64,000 nt of DNA, taken from NCBI GenBank assembly GCA_950097015.1, contig CATNEN010000039.1:9424001-9488000 (forward strand). Reading direction: 5' to 3'. Below are positions 58,274 to 64,000 of this stretch, one piece after another (positions within the stretch are counted from its first letter, which is position 1; each line of letters opens with the position of its first letter). Both the position numbers and the translations under genes were made by a program. Source of the stretch: Macrostomum hystrix. Its lineage: Eukaryota; Animalia; Platyhelminthes. The notes under the pieces are model-generated. The model was given only the letters and a program-made list of their open reading frames with translations. It made no database searches and was not told the DNA's origin.

Positions 58274-59789
58274 CTACTCAGCAATGTACACATAATAGAC
58301 CCAGTAGCCGAGGTTGAACAGCGCGAACGACACTGGAAATGCGGTTCTGGACACTTTGTCGATCATCTCGGCACTGCTGGAGGCGAAATCTTCTCGATCC
58401 TCCTCGTGATCGCTCACGCTCATGTTCGGCAACCGACAATGTTCCGCCGGCGCCTGCTGGTTTGGCCAGTGACTCTGCAGCTCCGACTGCGCCAGCAGGC
58501 GATGCCGAAGGCTGGGACTGTCACCGGGGACTGGACTCGACGAGGCGTATCGACGGCTGCGCGCACTGATGACGCCAGATCCTGATGGCACGGTCGAAGA
58601 GGCGGCGCGACGGTTCACGAAGGTCATTGGCACGGAGTCCGACGGCTGGACAGGTGTGAAAGAAAGACGTGGCTTTTTCGAATGCGGGAGGAAACGAGGA
58701 AACTGGATGATGGGAGAAGGGTGTAGGTGCAGGGAGAAGGGGTGGGTGCAGCGAGAAGGGGTGGTTGTCAGGGAGAAGGGGTGGGTGCAGGGAGAAGGGG
58801 TGGTTGTCAGGGAGAAGGGGTGGTTGCAGGGAGTTGGGGTGGTTGTCAGGGAGAAGGGGTGGTTGCAGGGAGTAGATGCTAGGAGTAGCAGCTGTTTCAA
58901 AGACTACTCAAGTAAACTAGTGGACCATGTGCTGTGTGTGCTCACGATCTCAGTGACGGTGATCCCATTTGAGCCGGCCTCTCCCGTGTGGTCCAGAGAC
59001 TGCTGAATGCTGCCCCAATGCTCCAAGGTGTTCTGGCGCCTGGCCAGCACATTGGCGATGGCGTATTCTATCAGGGCTCCAAACACGAACACCAGGCAGG
59101 TGGACATCCACACATCAATTGCCTGAAATTGTTTGCGGTGTCAGTTTGAGTTGTAGTGAATAAGTGACTGGGATTATCGGAAATTATGTCTCACAACTTT
59201 CCAACGTTTGAGCCGTGGGGGACAATGGGATATTGATTCAACCGTCTCTAAAGTTTAGTGAACTCTTACATTTTGAGATCCTTCCGGCAAAGTTCCCCAA
59301 GGCACTTTGATATCTGTGCCGCGCTGATAATATTTAAGTCGACAAGCTGTTCTCATGTCGGCCCTGTTCCTATAGCTGATGCAAATTTTATGAGCACAGT
59401 TGCCAATGGTTTGACAGGGACCTCAACCTGCCTGCCGGCGTTGAAATGGCCTTTCACTGAACAAAGGTTTGAACTTTAAAATGCTGCTTGCAGGGTTTAG
59501 TGGCTTTAGGGGCGCCTGAGATCTACGCGTAGTTGTTAGACTACTACTACTGCTACTACTACTACTACTGCTACTACTACTACTGCTACTACTACTACTA
59601 CTACTACTGCTACTACTACTGCTACTACTACTACTACTGCTACTACTACTACTACTGCTACTACTACTGCTACTACTACTACTACTGCTACTACTACTAC
59701 TGCTACTACTACTACTACTACTACTGCTACTACTACTACTGCTACTACTACTACTACTGCTACTACTACTACTACTGCTACTACTACTG

Positions 59790-59845
<56 letters not shown>

Positions 59846-59879
59846 GCTACTACTACTACAACTGCTACTACTACTACTG

Positions 59880-59911
<32 letters not shown>

Positions 59912-59942
59912 GCTACTACTACTACTACTGCTACTACTACTG

Positions 59943-60010
<68 letters not shown>

Positions 60011-60160
60011 GCTACTACTACTACACTACTACTACTACTACTACTACTGCTACTACTACTACTACTACTACTACTACACTACTACTACTACTACACTACT
60101 ACTACTGCTACTACTACTACACTACTACTACTGCTACTACTACTACTACTACTACTACTA

Positions 60161-60191
<31 letters not shown>

Positions 60192-62055
60192 GCTACTACT
60201 ACTACTACTACTACTACTACACTACTACTACTACTACACTACTACTACTGCTACTACTACTACTACTACTACTACTACACTACTACTACTACTACACTAC
60301 TACTACTGCTACTACTACTACACTACTACTACTGCTACTACTTGCCTTGATGTAGGACACCCTTGGCAGCTGTCCTAGCGCACCAGAGCTCTGAGTAGTC
60401 ATGCTGAGCACAGTCAACAGGCCCAGACTGATTCTGGCCGGCACTGCTCGAACGTCAATCCAGAAGGACACCCAGCTGAGGATCACGATCAGAAAGCTGG
60501 GGATGTACGTCTGGATGAGGTAGAAGCCCGACTTGCGGTTCAAGTGAAACGTTGCGATCAGGTAGGAGTAGGAGCCTGCGGTTTCAGAGGAGCGACCTGA
60601 CTGACTGACTGACTGACTGACTGACTGACTGACTGACTGACTGACTGACTGACTGACTGACTGACTGACTGACTGACTGACTGACTGACTGACTGACTGA
60701 CTGACTGACTGACTGACTGACTGACTGACTGACTGACTGACTGACTGACTGACTGACTGACTGTCAGAATGTCAGATGCTGTCAGTCGAATGTCAGGTAT
60801 TGTATTTCAAACGTCAGACTCACGAGTTACAGTCAATCTGGGCGTCTCTCACCTGTGAGGTAGTCTACCACGCAGGTCTCAGTGGTGATATTCGGCGGGG
60901 TGACAAACTCAGGCAGCTGAAGGTCGGCACTGAATTGGACCCGGTCCTCCGGACTGCTGACCCACTCGAACATCAGCTCCTTGGTTGTGTAGCCGTCTGC
61001 CAGAAGAAAATTGTTAGCTCTGTATGGCATCACATACGAGATTTTAACAAGTTTCGATTTCACTTTTTCAAAGACGATTTGCTTATCATGATTCTCGCAT
61101 TTAATCTATTCTGGGTCGACCCGTGCAGCCAAGCAAGATAGCGGCTACCCATTTGAATTGCTAATTAGACAGAGAAAGAATACCATTTCAAATTGTTTTC
61201 GCTTTCCAATTCCATGAGTGAGTGAGTGAGTGAGTGAGTGAGTGAGTGAGTGAGTGAGTGAGTGAGTGAGTGAGTGAGTGAGTGAGTGAGTGAGTGAGTC
61301 AGTGAGTGAGTGAGTGAGTGAGTGAGTGAGTGAGTGAGTGAGTGAGTGAGTGAGTGAGTGAGTGAGTGAGTGAATGAATGAGTGAGTGCGTGTGTGTGTG
61401 AGTGAGTGAGTGAGTGAGTGAGTGAGTAAGTGAGTGAATGAGTGAATGAACGAGTGAGTGAGTGAATGAATGAATGAGTGAGTGAGTGAGTGAGTGAGTG
61501 AGTGAATGAATGAATGAGTGAGTGAGTGAGTGAGTGAGTGAGTGAGTGAGTGAGTGAGTCATCGCAACTCACAGCTTTCCATCTTGACGTGGCATTTCTG
61601 CTGGTCCATGGGAAACTTCTTCAAGTCCATGTTGCAGGAGAGCTTCACAGTTAATCTAGAAGGTCGAATGTTGCTCTTTCGCAGTACTGATGGACAAAAT
61701 GGCTCGGGTTAATTAAGAAGGTGCAGATTTAAGTCGCCCAGTGTTGTCCTTAATCCACTGGGGGGGAGAGGGGGATTATCGGCCCGTGCAGGTAATGAGA
61801 AGTGTAGGGATTAGTGGGGGCAGCGCCTCACTTCTGACTGAAGGTGACCTCCCCGAGTGGACTGACTCGCAGCAGCAGATTAGGCGTGGTGATCTCGTGG
61901 AAGGAGCCCTCCTTCTCGTTGATGAAGTAAAGGTCCGGCACCCACAGGTCGGCCTTCTTAGAGTTCAGCGTCAGGGACTGGTTGTAGCCCCGGTGACCGA
62001 AGGCCAGTCGCGAGTCGTTCCAAAACTGGCGGAGGAACATGTTGATGGAGTAGTC
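58274..62055 (-). CDS. Anion-selective Cys-loop ligand-gated ion channel subunit (glycine receptor/GluCl-like); 5' exons not found in the window
   Basis: Exons 62055-61832, 61655-61573, 60996-60853, 60575-60346, 59122-58946, 58702-58274. Motifs: [22 protein letters not shown], Cys-loop [16 protein letters not shown]1 [13 protein letters not shown]2, M3 [22 protein letters not shown]4 [10 protein letters not shown]. Confidence 0.95.
58712..58872. repeat. G-rich 19-20-bp minisatellite in the channel's last intron
   Basis: gggagaaggggtgg(t/g)tg(t)ca units. Confidence 0.85.
59539..60341. repeat. (CTA)n microsatellite with CTG/ACA variants
   Basis: About 800 bp, intronic. Confidence 0.97.
60597..60762. 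repeat. (CTGA)n microsatellite
   Basis: Direct inspection; intronic. Confidence 0.97.
61214..61560. repeat. (GAGT)n microsatellite
   Basis: Direct inspection; intronic. Confidence 0.97.
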
Positions 62056-62151
62056 CTGCGGGAAGGCGGCCGGACTGTGAGGTTGTTTGGTGCTGAGCAC
62101 AGATTTGAGAATGTTAGGATTGAGTTTACATTTAGATACTTTGAGAGATGC

Positions 62152-62470
62152 TGGGACATTGGGGTAATCGTGGGACATTGGGATAATTTGGGACATTAGG
62201 ATAATTTAAGGCATTGTGATAATTTGGGACATTGGGATAATTTGGGACATTTGGGATAATTTGGGACATTTGGGATAATTTGGGACATTTGGGATAATTT
62301 GGGACATTGGGATAATTTGGGACATTGGGATAGTTTGGGACATTTGGGATAATTTGGGACATTTGGGATAATTTGGGACATTTGGGATAATTTGGGACAT
62401 TGGGATAATTTGGGACATTGGGATAGTTTAAGGCATTAGGATAATTTGAGAATTTTGGATGATTTGAGGC
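62152..62470. repeat. 18/19-bp minisatellite (TTGGGACATTGGGATAAT)n
   Basis: Direct inspection. Confidence 0.93.
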
Positions 62471-63087
62471 ATAATAAACTTGTGACAGTATCTACGATAA
62501 GAAATAATAATAAAAACTTGGATCGAAATTAATTCAAGAGCATGCAAGCAAGAAAAAGGTGCATGACTTTAAGCGAACAAAAGAATAGGTAAAATTTAGC
62601 GAATGAAGTCTAGACAATGCTAGCACTAATCCTAAAGAATTAGAGCCCATTGGTTTGAGTGTCATCCGAGTGTTAAGAACTGCCTTTTGTCGTCCATTTT
62701 ATCGGCCCTCGCAGCGGCTCGAATCCTTTTTTGCCTGCTCGCTCTTTTGGCGTAGAAAGTTGAAGAAAACTTTGGTCTCTCACACAGAAGCTTCTTATCT
62801 AAAGTGTCCGGCACTTTTATTTGGAGGAAGAGGATGGGGGTGGTAAGACTACGTGCCAAGGTTGAGCAATCCGCGCTAATGACTTGCCTGTCTCCAACCG
62901 ATTCGCCCCGGCAAGACTATATATGATGGTAGGCTGTGCCTTACGGCGTTAAGATGGGATGTGGAGGTTAAGAGTACAGGACTAGCCACTCCAGATTCGC
63001 ACTCACAGAATTTTCAATAGCAGGTCAGGGGACTGTGACGAAGTGTTTGGCTGCAACTTCGGGTCGAGGTTGGGCCATGGAAAACAC

Positions 63088-64000
63088 AAGTAACCACACT
63101 TAAATCTTGGTAGCTTAGCAACTGAGATTTCCCTAGTAACCACACTTAAATCTTGGTAGCTTAGCAACTGAGATTTCCCTAGTAACCACACTTAAATCTT
63201 GGTAGCTTAGCAACTGAGATTATTTACCTAGTAACCACACTTAAATCTTGGTAGCTTAGCAACTGAGATTTCCCTAGTAACCACACTTAAATCTTGGTAG
63301 CTTAGCAACTGAGATTTCCCTAGTAACCACACTTAAATCTTGGTAGCTTAGCAACTGAGATTTCCCTAGTAACCACACTTAAATCTTGGTAGCTTAGCAA
63401 CTGAGATTATTTACCTAGTAACCACACTTAAATCTTGGTAGCTTAGCAACTGAGATTTCCCTAGTAACCACACTTAAATCTTGGTAGCTTAGCAACTGAG
63501 ATTATTTCCCTAGTAACCACACTTAAATCTTGGTAGCTTAGCAACTGAGATTTCCCTAGTAACCACACTTAAATCTTGGTAGCTTAGCAACTGAGATTAT
63601 TTCCCTAGTAACCACACTTAAATCTTGGTAGCTTAGCAATTGAGATTTCCCTAGTAACGACACTGAATTCTTGGTAGCTTAGCAACTGAGATTTCCCTAG
63701 TAACCACACTTAAATCTTGGTAGCTTAGCAACTGAGATTATTTACCTAGTAACCACACTTAAATCTTGGTAGCTTAGCAACTGAGATTTCCCTAGAAACC
63801 ACACTTAAATCTTGGTAGCTTAGCAACTGAGATTATTTACCTAGTAACCACACTTAAATCTTGGTAGCTTAGCAACTGAGATTTCCCTAGTAACGACACT
63901 GAATTCTTGGTAGCTTAGCAACTGAGATTTCCCTAGTAACGACACTTAAATCTTGGTAGCTTAGCAACTGAGATTATTTACCTAGTAACCACACTTAAAT
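63088..64000. repeat. 46/50-bp minisatellite running off the right edge
   Basis: tagtaaccacacttaaatcttggtagcttagcaactgagatttccc units. Confidence 0.97.

Noticed and set aside
59533-61572. Poly-Y/T and SLTH ORFs
   Set aside because: Intronic microsatellites of the channel gene.
63003-63090. Possible upstream exon of the channel gene
   Set aside because: Has a GTGAGT donor but no similarity to the expected pLGIC N-terminal sequence.

Overview
Eukaryotic (metazoan) genomic DNA. The dense intronic minisatellites, poly-Q/poly-A proteins, GC-rich exons and AT-rich introns resemble a flatworm such as Macrostomum; this is an inference, not an established identification. Genes reconstructed by hand with phase-consistent splice sites: a minus-strand ORF running off the left edge (possibly death-domain-like); 5' exons of a spectraplakin-like CH1 gene (-); CEP70-like (+); TXNDC15 (+); a two-finger C2H2 protein (+); two tandem single-CRD TNF-receptor-like type I membrane proteins (+); two intronless, divergently oriented IAP genes (BIR-BIR-UBA-RING); long-form Capicua (+); and the 3' part of an anion-selective Cys-loop channel (-). 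Repeats include two tRNA-derived SINE families (one CORE-like), two MITE-like elements with target-site duplications (TSDs), mariner relics and about 20 mini/microsatellite arrays. The most notable structure is the 29.8-39.6 kb TNFR-TNFR-IAP-IAP cluster. The two IAPs share a near-identical 1163-bp inverted block (BIR1-BIR2-UBA) but have unrelated N-termini and very different RING domains. This fits gene conversion and/or an invertible spacer that could swap promoters and N-termini between an active-looking RING and one lacking the linchpin residue.
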